NCBI GenBank assembly: GCA_963675595.2
Contig: CAXXLZ010000002.1
Location: 1,952,001-2,016,000 of the forward strand
DNA: 64,000 bases
DNA from: Thermodesulfobacteriota bacterium
GTDB taxonomy: Bacteria; Desulfobacterota; Desulfarculia; JACQYL01
Direction: 5' to 3'
Under the pieces are notes generated by a model. That model was not told the origin of the DNA. It did not search any database and was given only the letters and a program-made list of their open reading frames with translations. Position 1 is the first letter of the stretch, and the number at the start of each line of letters is the position of its first letter. The position numbers and the translations under genes were made by a program. Shown piece by piece: positions 40,801 through 52,053 of this stretch.

Positions 40801-42332
40801 AGGACCGACCCGTCTTCTGGGTCGAAGCCGGCATGGGAGCCGCGTTGGAGCCGCTCAATGCCCTGCTCGAAAGCGGCGAACTGCCGCCCTGCTGTAATCT
40901 CGCCCGGTCTCGCGAAATTGTAGCCTTGACCGTAAGAGAGCGCTCGGCCTGTGACTCCTGCCCCGTCGCACCCGTTTGCCCCGGAGAAGACTCCATGTGC
41001 ATGCGCCTGGTGAACGACGGCGCGGCTTTCGGTTACTTCGCCGTTGTCTTGGAGCAGGGCTCCGTGGCGGACGTGGAAGAGCAATCCCTGTTCGCCGAAA
41101 CCGCCGGGGATATCGCTTATGCGCTGCGCGTCCTACAAACGGATGAAGCTCACAGAGAAATCGAACGAGAGCATCAATCACTGCAGAACCGGATGCTCCA
41201 GGGGCAGAAGATGGAATCCGTCGGCCGATTGGCCGGAGGAGTCGCACACGATTACAACAACATGCTGAACGTCATAATCGGCTATGCGGAACTGGCCATA
41301 GACAAATTGGGTCCGGACGATCCTCTTTATGGGGATCTGAAGGAAATCCTCAATGCCGCCGCTCGTTCCACTCAAATCACGAGGCAGTTGCTCGCCTTTG
41401 CGCGCAAACAGACCATCAGTCCCAAAGTCCTGGACCTTAACGAGACCGTTGAGGGTATGCTCAAGATGTTGAGGCGACTCATCGGCGAAGACGTAGACCT
41501 GGCCTGGCTGCCCAAGGCCCGCTCATGGCGGGTCAAAATGGATCCCGCCCAGATCGATCAGATTCTGGCCAATTTGTGCGTCAACGCCCGCGATGCCATC
41601 GGAGGAGTAGGAAAAATCACCATTGAAACCGACAACGTTTCCTTTGACGAAGCATCCTGCGCCGAACAAGAGGGTTTCGCTCCGGGGGATTTTGTCATGT
41701 TGGCCGTGACCGACGACGGGTGCGGCATGGATGCGGAAACTCTCGACGCGATATTTGAACCGTTCTTCACTACAAAGGACACCAGCCGCGGCACCGGTTT
41801 GGGCCTGGCCACCGTTTACGGCATCGTCAACCAGAACAACGGCTTCGTCAATGTATACAGTGAGCCGGGAAAAGGCACGATTTTCAAAATATATCTACCA
41901 CGCCACGAGGGTGCGGCGGATGAAATCAACCAGGAACCTCGCAAAGAAATTCCCCTGAGCCGCGGCGAAACGGTCCTTTTGGTGGAGGACGAGCCGGGCA
42001 TCATGAAAATGGGTTGGATGATGCTGGAGAAGCTGGGCTACCGGGTGCTGGCGGCCGGCACGCCCAACGAGGCCTTACGGTTCGCCGAAGAGCAAGCGGA
42101 CGGCATCGATTTGCTCATCACGGACGTGGTCATGCCGGAAATGAACGGGCGAGACCTCGCCGATCAACTACACACGCTGTATCCGGACATCAGGACTCTC
42201 TTCATGTCCGGCTACACGGCCGACGTCATCGCCCACCGAGGCGTGCTCGAGGAAGGCGTGAATTTCATGCAGAAGCCTTTCTCCATGAAAGACTTGGCAT
42301 CGCACGTCAGGGCGGCGCTGGATGGGAATTGA
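37878..42332 (+). CDS. Hybrid sensor kinase: 2 periplasmic solute-binding (family 3) domains, TM, 3 PAS, GAF, HisKA, HATPase, REC
   Basis: NYPPFS and DHNYPPFE PBP starts, DITDRK/DITERK PAC ends, AGGVAHDYNN, FEPFFTTK, GTGLGL, LLVEDE...TDVVMP. Confidence 0.93.
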   Translation: MNRSTDRRRPRQAVGALTAVLLCIVMIGFCGAAAPAAQEPKTAKPPILSAAEINYPPFSLADPQERADGFSVELLRAALAAVGRDVVFRLGTWAEVRGLLERGEVQALPLVGRNPEREPLFDFTFPYMTLHGALVVRSGTSDIHSLDDLRGRTVAVMKGDNAEEFLRREDRGIKIFTTPTFEDALYQLSGGLHDAVVIQRLVAVRLLEETGLPNISIVKQPIEGFRQDFCFAVKEGDKATLALLNEGLALVVADGTYRHLHAKWFASLELPSNRRIVIGGDHNYPPFEYLDEHGEPTGYNVDLTRAIAKELGLNVDIRLGPWVKIRDALAAGDIDALQGMFYSPERDLTFDFTPPHTVNHCVAVVRKSAGPPPTNMDELAGKSIVVEKGDIMHEFALENRLGKQISAVDSQEDALRELVEGKHDCALVSRLTALYWIEKRQWNNLVVGKRPFLSPDYCYAVPNNHKALLAQFSEGMKILEENGDYQRIQKKWLGVYEDFPTDMKAFFRYVVMGVLILLPILVAAFLWSWSLRKQVGLRTEELRKSEEMQRSMVACSPVALFSITPYGTVQTWNASAERVFGWTADEVMGKPLPFVPEDKQEESAGIRRRLASGEVLSGMELIRRKKDGSLFHASLSAAPIYDAKGKTSGIMSTMEDITDRKQAEDAIRESEERYRLLADNTLDVIWVMNTDLEFSYVNPSVFTLTGYTPEEWIGTRLQDHCDAENFGKMARIIANDLAIGSESAGVIFEAAMLKKSGEPIPVEIHGKVIYGDDGRPVHLQGTTRDITERKRAEEALRQKQAMLSRTEAIAHIGSWEWDVPTDTVTWSDELFRIFQLDPTEGAPPFARHPEFYHPDDYERLLRAVDSAVNEGTPYHLELRGLRSDGSIRHCLARGYPDKEIDGRVNRLFGSLQDITEIKRAQERIEHLNKVLQAIRNVNQLIVRERDRDTLIREACRLLVDHRGYTSSVIILTDGEDRPVFWVEAGMGAALEPLNALLESGELPPCCNLARSREIVALTVRERSACDSCPVAPVCPGEDSMCMRLVNDGAAFGYFAVVLEQGSVADVEEQSLFAETAGDIAYALRVLQTDEAHREIEREHQSLQNRMLQGQKMESVGRLAGGVAHDYNNMLNVIIGYAELAIDKLGPDDPLYGDLKEILNAAARSTQITRQLLAFARKQTISPKVLDLNETVEGMLKMLRRLIGEDVDLAWLPKARSWRVKMDPAQIDQILANLCVNARDAIGGVGKITIETDNVSFDEASCAEQEGFAPGDFVMLAVTDDGCGMDAETLDAIFEPFFTTKDTSRGTGLGLATVYGIVNQNNGFVNVYSEPGKGTIFKIYLPRHEGAADEINQEPRKEIPLSRGETVLLVEDEPGIMKMGWMMLEKLGYRVLAAGTPNEALRFAEEQADGIDLLITDVVMPEMNGRDLADQLHTLYPDIRTLFMSGYTADVIAHRGVLEEGVNFMQKPFSMKDLASHVRAALDGN

Positions 42333-42414
42333 CGCCCGACCCGGCACATCGGTCGGGCTGCATAATGCAGGCCGGCGTCGGATACCGCAGATCTCCGTCA
42401 ACAACCTTCCACCT

Positions 42415-44436
42415 CTAAAACTCCTTCAGAAACTTCTGCGGGTTCTGCGAAGGAGTCCCCCCCTTCCTCCGGATTTCCTTACGCTTTGGAGGAACCAACC
42501 GCGCTGTTGCGCCTTTCAGGGCTCTCCGATATCCCGACTCTTCCTCCGCGGGTTCGATTCCAGCCGCACCGGCTTTTTTCCTCCCGCCGCCTCTCTCCCC
42601 TCCTCCGCCGCCCTTGCCGCCCACCAAGCGCGCCAACTCTGCCACGAATTCCTTCAGCTGGTGAGCTTGAGCGTTCATTTCTTCCGACGCGCTCGCCGAT
42701 TCCTCGGCATTGGCGGCGTTGCGTTGTGTGATCTTATCCATATCAGACACCGCGTTGCTGATTTGTTCGACGCTTTGGGCCTGCTCTTTGGAGGCGGCCG
42801 AAATCTCGGAAACCAGGTCCCCCGCTTTTTGCGCGCTGTCGGAAACTCCGGCAAAGGCCTCATTGGTCTGCCGCACAACGGCCGATCCATCCGTAACGGC
42901 CTTAACCGTCCCCGAAATGAGATTCGACGTGTTCCCGGCCGCTTCGGCGGCCCGCATGGCCAGATTACGCACCTCTTCCGCCACCACTGAGAAACCCGCG
43001 CCGGCTTCTCCGGCCCTGGCCGCTTCCACCGCTGCGTTCAAAGCGAGAAGATTCGTCTGAAAAGCAATTTCGTCGATTGTCTTGATGATCTTCGAGGTTT
43101 CGTCGCTCGCCCTGGAAATATCTTCCATGGATCTCGTCAGGGTGTTCAGGGAATCGTTCGCCCGCCCCACCGTATCCCGGGTTTGGTTCATAAGCTGGTT
43201 GGCGCTCCCGGCATGTTCCGCGTTCAGCTTGGTCATCGAGGCTATTTCCTCAAGCGACGCGGAGCATTCTTCTATGGAAGCCGCCTGCTCCGAAGCTCCC
43301 TGCGCCAGAGACTGCCCTGCGGAAGCAACCTGACCCGAAGCCGACGAAACCTGGTCGGCACCTTCGTTGAGCCCGGTAATCACACGGTTGATGGGCCCGG
43401 TGATGGCCCGAGTCAGAAACAGGCTGATCAGAAGCCCCACCAACACACCGACAAGCGCAATCCCGGTGCTCAGGTATTCGGTACTTGAGCGAACGACGTC
43501 AAAATGCTCGGCCGCTTCGGATTGTTCCTCGCCGAGGGAAGCGACGATTCGGCGCAGAGGAGTGAAAACCTTCCGTCGAATTTGGTCGATCTCTCCATCA
43601 ATTTCCCGGATTCTATTTTCATCCGCCGACACCCCTCTCGTTTCGTCTTCCAGCGAGCCGCTTATCCCCTGTATGGCGGCAGACAGGGAGTTCGCGGCGG
43701 CATTGAATTCGTTGTACAATCTCACGATTTCGGAATGATTTTCCGGACTTCTCTCTCTCAAGAGGGGAAGAAGACCATTTTCAAACAGGCCCAAGGCTTT
43801 CAGGTAATTCCTTTCGAAATCGATCGCCAACGCCTTTTCCTTCTCCGTATCCGCCGATCGTTGGACTTCGGCAATGTCGTCGGCGGCCGTATTCCGAATT
43901 CCTGCAAACTCCTCTCCGCTTTCGGACCAGTCACGATTGACGACCGCCTTTGCGACCAGAGACCGGAAATCCCCGACCCGCACGGCAATCTGCATGACGG
44001 ACAACGAATCCTTCATGCGCTTATCGATGGATTCTTCCTTTTTTAGAATAGGGATCAACTCATCCTCGAACAACTTCAAGTATTCCCGATATGAAGTCTC
44101 GAAGGCGTTTGCCGAGGCCCTCTCTTCTTCCGTGTCCACAAGTTCATGAACCAACGCCATGTCCTTTTTCGCCTGTTCCTTTGCGGCGGCAAAGCCGGCC
44201 AAAGTTTCTTCAATATCCCGATTGATGATCCCGTCGGCGATTACGGGGTAAACTTCCGATACACGTGAAAGAACCTCATTGACGTCCAGTGCGTCCTTCG
44301 AGCGTTCCGTCCCGAGCCGCTCCAACTCCCCCAATTCCTGTATCGAAAAGATCTGATAGGCCGCCACCAGGGAGAAGATGACGATAACAAGCGCGAATCC
44401 CGAGAAAATCTTGGTACCGAGTCTGAGGTTTCTCAC
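42415..44436 (-). CDS. Methyl-accepting chemotaxis protein
   Basis: Two TMs; [40 protein letters not shown]; GTG start with AAGGAG RBS. Confidence 0.95.
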   Translation of the reverse strand: MRNLRLGTKIFSGFALVIVIFSLVAAYQIFSIQELGELERLGTERSKDALDVNEVLSRVSEVYPVIADGIINRDIEETLAGFAAAKEQAKKDMALVHELVDTEEERASANAFETSYREYLKLFEDELIPILKKEESIDKRMKDSLSVMQIAVRVGDFRSLVAKAVVNRDWSESGEEFAGIRNTAADDIAEVQRSADTEKEKALAIDFERNYLKALGLFENGLLPLLRERSPENHSEIVRLYNEFNAAANSLSAAIQGISGSLEDETRGVSADENRIREIDGEIDQIRRKVFTPLRRIVASLGEEQSEAAEHFDVVRSSTEYLSTGIALVGVLVGLLISLFLTRAITGPINRVITGLNEGADQVSSASGQVASAGQSLAQGASEQAASIEECSASLEEIASMTKLNAEHAGSANQLMNQTRDTVGRANDSLNTLTRSMEDISRASDETSKIIKTIDEIAFQTNLLALNAAVEAARAGEAGAGFSVVAEEVRNLAMRAAEAAGNTSNLISGTVKAVTDGSAVVRQTNEAFAGVSDSAQKAGDLVSEISAASKEQAQSVEQISNAVSDMDKITQRNAANAEESASASEEMNAQAHQLKEFVAELARLVGGKGGGGGERGGGRKKAGAAGIEPAEEESGYRRALKGATARLVPPKRKEIRRKGGTPSQNPQKFLKEF

Positions 44437-44691
44437 GGTAAGCTCCTTGTCTTTTGGTGGGACATCAATGGGTCATGGGCGTTCCCGGACTTCTTATAGG
44501 ATGGATGTTCAAGCGACTAGACCCTGAAAGGTGACCATAAATCAAGACCCCTTCATCCCGGCATGTTATTGGAAGAAAAAGGGAGGGAGAACGATATGCC
44601 GCGCGGAAGGCACATGGAGAGGTTCGAGACGCCCCAGCCGTGTCGTGGGCGAGGCATCGCCATCACAGTGGATGGGTGAGAGCGTTCCATT

Positions 44692-45819
44692 TCACGCCTG
44701 CAATGCTTCCCGTTCTTCGTCGTGATCGGTGAACTCCAGGGCTATGGAGCGGACCTCCTCCCGCAAAGAAAGAAAAACGTCCACCAGTACCGGGTCGAAA
44801 TGCGTGCCGCGGCCTTCGGCAAGGATGGCCAGGGCTTTGCTGTGAGGGAAAGGGGGCTTGTACACGCGTCGACTGATGAGCGCGTCATACACATCCGCCA
44901 ACGCCATGAGCCGACCGGACAGTTGGATGGCTTCGCCGGCCAATCCTTGAGGATAGCCGGTTCCATCCCACTTCTCGTGATGCGTATAGGAGATTTCCCG
45001 AGCCAATATCAGAAAATCGCTCTTGGTGAATCCCTGGAAAAGCTCTTGTGCGCGTTCAATGGCCTCCTTGCCGTAAATGGTGTGCTTCTTCATCTCTGCA
45101 AACTCGTCCTCGGTGAGCTTGCCCGGCTTGAGCAGAATGGCGTCCGGCACTCCCACTTTGCCGATATCGTGTAACGGCGCGGACCGGTGCAGCAACTCCA
45201 CCACATCCGGCTGCAATTGGGAAGCATAGGAAGGTCGGGCCGCCAGATGCTCGGCCAGGAGACGCACGTAGTTCTGGGTGCGACGGATGTGACCCCCTGT
45301 TTCGTTGTCGCGCGTCTCGGCCAGAGAGGCCAGGCTCTGGATGGTCACTTGTTGTGTGAGCGCCAGTTCTTGAGTGCGTTCCTCGACTTTCTGCTCCAAA
45401 ACGGCGTTCTGATGCTCAAGTAGGTCGCGCGCGTCTTTCAGTTCCAGATGCGTTAATACACGGGCCAGCACGATGGGCGGGCTGACCGGCTTCGTGATAT
45501 AGTCCACCGCACCCGCTGCGAATCCCTTGGCCTCGTCGTCGGTTTCACCCATGCCGGTGACGAAGATTACCGGAATTCCGGTAGTGGTCGGGTCCGCTTT
45601 GAGTCGACGGCAGACCTCGTAGCCGTCCAGACCGGGCATCACCACGTCCAGCAGAATGAGGTCCGGCCGCTCCCGCGCCTGCGCAATCTTCAGGGCGGAC
45701 TCGCCGTTGAGAGCCACCTTGACGCGATAGTGCGGCCCCAGGATGCTGTTGAGAATATGCACGTTCTGGGGAACGTCATCCACCACGAGAATCGTTGTTT
45801 GTTGCGTTTTCAAGTTCAT
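44692..45819 (-). CDS. Response regulator with HD-GYP c-di-GMP phosphodiesterase domain (RpfG-like)
   Basis: ILVVDD, LLDVVMP, ETGGHIRR, LHDIGK, HHEKWDGTGYP, ADVYDAL. Confidence 0.93.
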   Translation of the reverse strand: MNLKTQQTTILVVDDVPQNVHILNSILGPHYRVKVALNGESALKIAQARERPDLILLDVVMPGLDGYEVCRRLKADPTTTGIPVIFVTGMGETDDEAKGFAAGAVDYITKPVSPPIVLARVLTHLELKDARDLLEHQNAVLEQKVEERTQELALTQQVTIQSLASLAETRDNETGGHIRRTQNYVRLLAEHLAARPSYASQLQPDVVELLHRSAPLHDIGKVGVPDAILLKPGKLTEDEFAEMKKHTIYGKEAIERAQELFQGFTKSDFLILAREISYTHHEKWDGTGYPQGLAGEAIQLSGRLMALADVYDALISRRVYKPPFPHSKALAILAEGRGTHFDPVLVDVFLSLREEVRSIALEFTDHDEEREALQA

Positions 45820-45858
45820 GTTTCCTCCACGCAAATCCATCACCGCTTCCCGCTCGGG

Positions 45859-45897
45859 ATTTGCGCGCCTTGCATGTCATCGTTTTTCAACAGTCTG
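45859..45897. repeat. Possible remnant end of a deltaproteobacterial intergenic repeat/MITE
   Basis: Reverse complement CAGACTGTTGAAAAACGATGACATGCAAGGCGCGCAAAT resembles, from recall, the CAGGCTGTTGAAAAA...TGCAAGGCGCGC intergenic repeat end; not verified. Confidence 0.35.
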
Positions 45898-46091
45898 CGA
45901 TATTCCTACTATTTCAACGGACTCTCATGTCTCATTGTCCCAAGATACGTTTTTTTCGTCAAAGATATCCAATAAACTCAAAAGGGAACCGCCGTGAGAT
46001 ACGAGTGCGGGAACGTTCGGCGGACCATCCGTCCAAGCCTCGTTCGTTCCCGACGCGTGGAAGCGGACCGAACTCAATGGCGTCCCCGGCC

Positions 46092-49000
46092 TCAAAGGTT
46101 GTCTTGCCCTTCCAGACCAACACCCGCAACGGCGGCCAGATCGGCCAACGATGCGGACGCCCCTTGATAGTCGAAGTCTTCAACCCGTCGCCCCAATTCC
46201 GCGAACTCGGGAGTCTTGGCCAAGGGTCCGAAAACCTCTCGCATCCTGACCAGATGTTCCGTTGCTGCGCCGTCGAATTCGGCCAGGTAGCGCGCCATGG
46301 TTCCCAATGCATCGGCGAGAGTCGCGGCATCGGCCACGTCCGTGTTAGAAACCCCTTCCGCATCCGAATCGGCGGCCGACCCCAGAAGGCCGGCAATGGA
46401 GCCCAGAACCCGCTCCAATTCAGTCTCCAACGTATCCAGGGCCCGATCAATCTCATCAAAGGCCGCCCCCTGAGCCGCCGCCCGTTCCACATCCTGCGCC
46501 GCGTTGAACAGAGCTTGGGCTCCGACGTTACCGGCCACTCCTTTGAGCGTGTGCGCGTAGCGTCCGGCCTGGTCCGCTTCGCCGTTCGACAGGTCCCGAC
46601 GCAGAAGAGTCACGGCATCCGAAAATTTCCGCGCAAAATCTCTCAATATGTCTAAATAACGTCGTCGATTGCCCTGAAGCCGTGCCAATCCTGCTGCGAT
46701 TTCCAGTCCGGGCAGGCGATCCGGAAATTCCGACGTCGCCTCCCGATCATCCGGTTCCGGCCGGGGTGCCGCCCGCTCCGCCGGGCGTCCCCGGCCCAAG
46801 CCCAAGTGCCGAATCAGGGTGTTAAGCAACTCGGGCACGTCAATGGGCTTGGCGACGTGATCATCCATACCCGATTCCAAGGCTGCTTCGCGGTCTCCGG
46901 CCATGGCATTGGCCGTCATGGCGATAATGGGCAGATTCCGAAACTCGGGAATTTCACGGATCGCTCTCGTGGCTTCATACCCGTCCATTTCCGGCATCTG
47001 AATATCCATGAGCACGGCATCATAGGAACCGCTCCTTACCGCCGGCAAAGCCTGTCGCCCGTTGTCGACCACGTCCACAACCGCGCCCGCGCCCTCCAAT
47101 ATCGCGCGTGCCACTTCCTGATTGATTTCATTGTCTTCGGCCAGCAAAAGACGCACTCCGGTAAGCGGACGTTGCGCCTCGGGCAAAGCCGGGGGCTCCT
47201 CGACAAGCCGAGTGTCTTTGCCGAAAGCCTCCATAACCGAATCCAGAAGCACCGAAGGGGTGACCGGTTTGATGAGGAAGGCGTCCAAGCCGGCTTCCTC
47301 GGCCCGACGAATCAGACCGCTCCGGCCGTACGCCGTGGCCATCAGCACCTTGGGTTTGGGTTGAAGCCTCTCATCCTCAAGTATATGCCGAGCGGCTTCC
47401 AGTCCGTCCATTCCCGGCATCTTCCAATCCATGATCACCAGATCAAAAGGCCGAGCTTCCGCAGCTCGCGCCAGCTCTTCCAGGCCTTCGGCTGCCGAAG
47501 GCGCCACCGACGCCTGAAACGACATGGACTCCAGCATGTTCTGAAAGATCTCCCGACTGGTTGCGCTGTCGTCCACCACCAGGACTCTGAGGCCCCGCAG
47601 ATCGGGATGCTGCTTAAGCATCACGGGCTCGGCATCGCCAAGCCCGAAACGTGCCGTGAAACTGAAGGTCGCCCCCTTACCCGGCTCACTCTCCACTTGT
47701 ATATCGCCGCCCATCAGGGCAATCAGATGCTTGCTGATCGTCAGGCCCAGGCCCGTACCGCCGTAGCGGCGCGTGGTGGACGCGTCGGCTTGGCTGAACG
47801 CAGAGAACAGCCCGGCCTTCTGCTCGGCCGTCAGGCCGATGCCCGTGTCGCGTACGGCAAAACCCAGTTCTACTTCCTGTCGGTCGGAGTGTACCGCACG
47901 AGTCGAAATGACGATCTCTCCCTCGTGAGTGAACTTGACCGCGTTCCCGACCAGGTTGACCAGGACCTGGCCCAAACGCAGAGGATCGCCGACCAAAGCC
48001 TGGGGCGCATCCGAAGCGGTGTCGAGGAGCAATTCCAAGCCTTTTTGCTGGGCGCCGAGCCCTACAAGATTCACCACGTCGTCCAGCACCTGATCCAGGA
48101 CAAAATCGGTCTTCTCCAGAACCAGCTTGCCGGCTTCCACTTTGCTGAAGTCCAGGACGTCGTTGATGATTCCGAGCAGCGTGTGGGCGCTGCCTTGGAT
48201 CTTGTTCAAATAATCGCGTTGTTTGGCGTTCAGGTGCGTCTGCAACGCCAAATGGGTCATGCCGATGACCGCGTTCATGGGCGTACGTATTTCATGACTC
48301 ATGTTGGCCAGAAACTCGCTTTTTGCCCGCGTGGCCGACTCGGCCTGCTCTTTGGCCTCCTGTAGACGCACCTCGGTCTCGCGGCGAGCCAAAAACGCAC
48401 CGATGATTTCCGCCGTGGCCCCGAGCAATGCCGAATCCGACTCGTTCCATCGGCGCCCGCCGGCGGTGTCGTCAAAGCCCACGAAACCGTACCAGCGACC
48501 ATCCACTTGAAGAGGCAATACCATGATCGACACGACGCTCCGGGCCTCAAGCAACCGTCGTTCGGCCTCGGGAAACTCCGCCACCCGTCCGGTGATGGGC
48601 CGCCCACGACTCAACTCCTCTCTCCAACGCTCGAAGCCCCGGTCGTAGGGATGCGTCTGAGAGTCGGAGCCATCGCTCCGCGTTTCCACACCTTCCGCGC
48701 AGGCCTCCAAAATCAGACGCATGCTCAGGCCGTCCCCGTCGTTTTCCAGATTCTGAAACACGTAGACCCGATCCACGCCGGCGGCCACCACGAGTTCATC
48801 CAGCGCAGCCTGGAGATTCTCGGCGTCGGTGGAGGCGCTCAGTAATGCCTTGGCAACGGCCGACATGGCGTTCTCCGCGCGCATGCGACGGGCCGCTTCT
48901 TCTTCGGCCGACTTGCGTTCCGTGATGTCCTCTTTCACCGCCACGAAATTCGTCACGCTACCTGCGGCGTCGAGCACCGGAGAAATGGACACGCTCTCCC

Positions 49001-52000
49001 AGAACTCTTCCCCGTTGCTGCGTCGGTTGCACAACTCACCGCGCCAAGCGTTACCCGCCATGATGGTGCGCCACATCTCTTCATACAGCTCCGAAGAGTG
49101 GCGATCACTTTTCAGCACACGAGGATTCTTGCCCAGGGCCTCCTCAAACGTGTAGCCCGTGACACGAGTGAACTCCGGATTGACATATTCAATGTCGCCT
49201 TTCGTATCGGTGATGACCACGGAAGCGGGACTTTGCTCCACCGCCCGGAAGAGTTTACGCAATTCCTGTTCCGCCAATTTCTGTTCGGTGATGTCCAAAG
49301 TCAGGCCGTCCCAAACGACTTCTCCGTTGTCCCGTTTGTGTACGCGACTCATTCCGCGCAACCATTTGACCCTACCCCCCGGCAGAAGACAACGAAACTC
49401 CGCGTGCCAGGATTCCAGGCGCTCGGCGGAAAGTCGCAGAGAGGAAAGAAAATGTTCCCTGTCGTCGGGATGGATAAGCTGCAGCAGGCCGGAGCAGTCG
49501 GCCTGCACCTCCTCGGGCGTGAGGCCATACACTTCGTAAATGCCCCGGCTGACGTAGGGATAACGAATCTCTCCTCGCGCATCCATAACCCGGCGATAGA
49601 CAACGCCCGGCACATTGGCCGTGATCCCCGCATACCGCTGTTCGCTTTCCTTCAACAACATCTGGGCTCGCTTGCGCTCTTTCACCTCGCGGGCCAATCG
49701 CCGGTTCCAGAAGAGGATGATGCAAAACAGCACAAACGCCCCGGCAACGATCCGCCATATCAACGCATAGTCGATGCCTTTCTGGTACTCCACACCAAGC
49801 CATTTGTTGTGAATCGCCTGATGTTCGGCGGGGGATAGGGACGCCAGTGCCTTGTTGATGATTCCCACCGCCTGGGCCAGCCGAGGGTCCACCCCGATGC
49901 GATGATCAAAACGATACTCCGTCTGGCCGGCGATCTTGAGGTTCTTGAGCCCCAGCTGCTGCATGCTGTGGATCGCCACGGCCATGTGCCCCACGAATGC
50001 GAACACCTCTCCATTGGAGAGTTTCAACAATGCTTCGCCCACATCGTCGGTCTGCACCAACTCGATTTGAGGATAATGGTTCCGAAGGAAATGATAGCTC
50101 GTGTAACCTCGACCTACGGCCACCTTGCGACCGTTGAGCACGTCGGTCTGCTTGATATAATTAACGTCGTTGCGCGTGACGATGATCAGTGGAAAAGACA
50201 CGAACGGAGCGCTGAGCAGGATCTCACGCCCGATCTCATCGTCGCTTCCCAAGGCCGGCACCATGTCGATGCGGCCGTCCACGTACTTTTCCAACACTTC
50301 CGACCAAGTCCCGCTGGGCTCGAACTGGAAACGTAAACCCGTACGTTGCGTCACCACATCGAGGTAATCTCGGATCATTCCGTCCAAGTCGCCGTCTTTG
50401 TCCAGAATCGACATGGGCTTCCAATCAACCTCACTGAAAGTCAACGGCTTCACCGTTTGCACGAATTCTTGTTCGGATGGAGTAAGAGCGAATCGCCGAC
50501 GGTCGCTTTGTTCACGTCTCAGGGCCGGATCGGGTACCCAACGCGCCTCGATGTCCCGCATCTCAGCCTTGCCGATGAGCGCCAGCCCTTTGTTCACCAA
50601 CTCCACGAGTTCACTGTTGTCTTTGGAAACGGCTGCATACACGTCGAGGGGGAGCCCCAGTGGAGGCGACACCCGCAATTCGCTCTGCAAACCCATATCA
50701 TCCACCACCGCCCTCAAAGCCATGCTCTCGTCATACGCCGCTTCCACTTCACCCAGCTGCAGCGCGGCGAGAAGTGACGCATAGTCGTCGTAGGCAAGTA
50801 CTTTGATGTCGGGATGTTCGTCGACGAGTTCGGCCTCCGCCTCGGAACCCTTGATCACGCCCAGCCGCCGTCCCGACCGGCCGGAAAGCGTCGCCTCGGT
50901 CCCGTCGCGCTTCACGAGCAGGCCGTTGTGGGTGGTGAAAAAAGGGTCCGAGTAGGCCAGTGTTTTCTCGTGTGAGGGCTTTTTCGAAAGGCCCGAATGG
51001 ATGTCGGCCAAGCCGCGGCGCACCATCTCGGGAACCTCCCACCGATCACCGAATACGAAATCGATTTTCCGCCCGGTCTTTTTCGACCACAGCCGCCAGA
51101 CATCGATCATCAGACCGGCGGGCAGGCCCGACGAACTCAACTGGGTAAAAGGAGGAAAATAACGATCGCAAGCGATGCGCAGCACGGCCTCACCCTCGGT
51201 CTGGTCGGGAGAAGCCCACCGAATACGCAACGCCTCCAACTCGGCGGGAGTGCATTGGGCCAACCCGGTACGCACCAGATCCGCCATGGCTTTGTCGCCT
51301 CGGCGCACGGCCGCCTGGAAGGTTCCCGCGTAAAGTTTCAATCCCGGAAGATGGAAAAATTGATACTGCAGCCCAAGCCGACTGAGATGATACATGGCAA
51401 TGGGTACATCTTTGACGAATACCCTGATTTCGTTGCGTTTTATCGCAGAGAACATGGTTTCGTTGTCCGGGTAGACCACCAGCTGCGCGCCCGGCAGTTC
51501 CTCGCGCAGGCGTTCCCCCGCCAAATCGCCGGCGATGAGACCCACGCGATAGGGCAGAAGATCCTGTAACCCTCGAATACCGTGTATGTGGCGATGAAAG
51601 AAGAAAGTGGTCCATGTGCTCACAAGGGGGCCGGCATAATCGAGGTACTCTGCACGGGCGGCACTGTAGTAGCACCCTCCATGGATATCCGCCTCACCCC
51701 ATCGCACCAGATTCAGAGTTTCACCAAATGGAGCGACGATGAAACGCACATCCACACCGGTTTTTCGGGACCATAGGCGCCAGATATCCACCAACCAGCC
51801 CGCGGCTTGGCCTTGGGCGTCCCCGAAATAGAAAGGCGGGCTGTCTCTGCTCACGGCCACGGTCACCGTCTTGGGCGTCGATTTGCCGCCGACCGGCTTT
51901 CCTGAGCGGATATCCGCGGCTCCTGCCGGAGAGCAGGCGACAATAAACCACACAAACGCCTGCAAGCAGACGACGACCATGCCGATTCGCCGAAAACGGG

Positions 52001-52028
52001 CGCGTTTCCGTGCCTCAAACGTCATCAC
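46092..52028 (-). CDS. Unorthodox hybrid kinase: 3 periplasmic solute-binding domains, 2 PAS, GAF, HisKA, HATPase, 2 REC, Hpt
   Basis: SPPFY, FPPFT and DWKPMS PBP starts; [17 protein letters not shown]; YGGTGLGL; MDWKMP and MDIQMP receivers; [13 protein letters not shown] Hpt. Confidence 0.94.
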   Translation of the reverse strand: MMTFEARKRARFRRIGMVVVCLQAFVWFIVACSPAGAADIRSGKPVGGKSTPKTVTVAVSRDSPPFYFGDAQGQAAGWLVDIWRLWSRKTGVDVRFIVAPFGETLNLVRWGEADIHGGCYYSAARAEYLDYAGPLVSTWTTFFFHRHIHGIRGLQDLLPYRVGLIAGDLAGERLREELPGAQLVVYPDNETMFSAIKRNEIRVFVKDVPIAMYHLSRLGLQYQFFHLPGLKLYAGTFQAAVRRGDKAMADLVRTGLAQCTPAELEALRIRWASPDQTEGEAVLRIACDRYFPPFTQLSSSGLPAGLMIDVWRLWSKKTGRKIDFVFGDRWEVPEMVRRGLADIHSGLSKKPSHEKTLAYSDPFFTTHNGLLVKRDGTEATLSGRSGRRLGVIKGSEAEAELVDEHPDIKVLAYDDYASLLAALQLGEVEAAYDESMALRAVVDDMGLQSELRVSPPLGLPLDVYAAVSKDNSELVELVNKGLALIGKAEMRDIEARWVPDPALRREQSDRRRFALTPSEQEFVQTVKPLTFSEVDWKPMSILDKDGDLDGMIRDYLDVVTQRTGLRFQFEPSGTWSEVLEKYVDGRIDMVPALGSDDEIGREILLSAPFVSFPLIIVTRNDVNYIKQTDVLNGRKVAVGRGYTSYHFLRNHYPQIELVQTDDVGEALLKLSNGEVFAFVGHMAVAIHSMQQLGLKNLKIAGQTEYRFDHRIGVDPRLAQAVGIINKALASLSPAEHQAIHNKWLGVEYQKGIDYALIWRIVAGAFVLFCIILFWNRRLAREVKERKRAQMLLKESEQRYAGITANVPGVVYRRVMDARGEIRYPYVSRGIYEVYGLTPEEVQADCSGLLQLIHPDDREHFLSSLRLSAERLESWHAEFRCLLPGGRVKWLRGMSRVHKRDNGEVVWDGLTLDITEQKLAEQELRKLFRAVEQSPASVVITDTKGDIEYVNPEFTRVTGYTFEEALGKNPRVLKSDRHSSELYEEMWRTIMAGNAWRGELCNRRSNGEEFWESVSISPVLDAAGSVTNFVAVKEDITERKSAEEEAARRMRAENAMSAVAKALLSASTDAENLQAALDELVVAAGVDRVYVFQNLENDGDGLSMRLILEACAEGVETRSDGSDSQTHPYDRGFERWREELSRGRPITGRVAEFPEAERRLLEARSVVSIMVLPLQVDGRWYGFVGFDDTAGGRRWNESDSALLGATAEIIGAFLARRETEVRLQEAKEQAESATRAKSEFLANMSHEIRTPMNAVIGMTHLALQTHLNAKQRDYLNKIQGSAHTLLGIINDVLDFSKVEAGKLVLEKTDFVLDQVLDDVVNLVGLGAQQKGLELLLDTASDAPQALVGDPLRLGQVLVNLVGNAVKFTHEGEIVISTRAVHSDRQEVELGFAVRDTGIGLTAEQKAGLFSAFSQADASTTRRYGGTGLGLTISKHLIALMGGDIQVESEPGKGATFSFTARFGLGDAEPVMLKQHPDLRGLRVLVVDDSATSREIFQNMLESMSFQASVAPSAAEGLEELARAAEARPFDLVIMDWKMPGMDGLEAARHILEDERLQPKPKVLMATAYGRSGLIRRAEEAGLDAFLIKPVTPSVLLDSVMEAFGKDTRLVEEPPALPEAQRPLTGVRLLLAEDNEINQEVARAILEGAGAVVDVVDNGRQALPAVRSGSYDAVLMDIQMPEMDGYEATRAIREIPEFRNLPIIAMTANAMAGDREAALESGMDDHVAKPIDVPELLNTLIRHLGLGRGRPAERAAPRPEPDDREATSEFPDRLPGLEIAAGLARLQGNRRRYLDILRDFARKFSDAVTLLRRDLSNGEADQAGRYAHTLKGVAGNVGAQALFNAAQDVERAAAQGAAFDEIDRALDTLETELERVLGSIAGLLGSAADSDAEGVSNTDVADAATLADALGTMARYLAEFDGAATEHLVRMREVFGPLAKTPEFAELGRRVEDFDYQGASASLADLAAVAGVGLEGQDNL

Positions 52029-52053
52029 GTTTCTCCGATTTTCTCACTGCAGA

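Noticed and set aside
46806-48365. Long antisense ORFs (also 4894-6225, 7339-8925, 22268-23665, 54348-55811)
   Set aside because: Shadow frames of well-supported genes in GC-rich DNA
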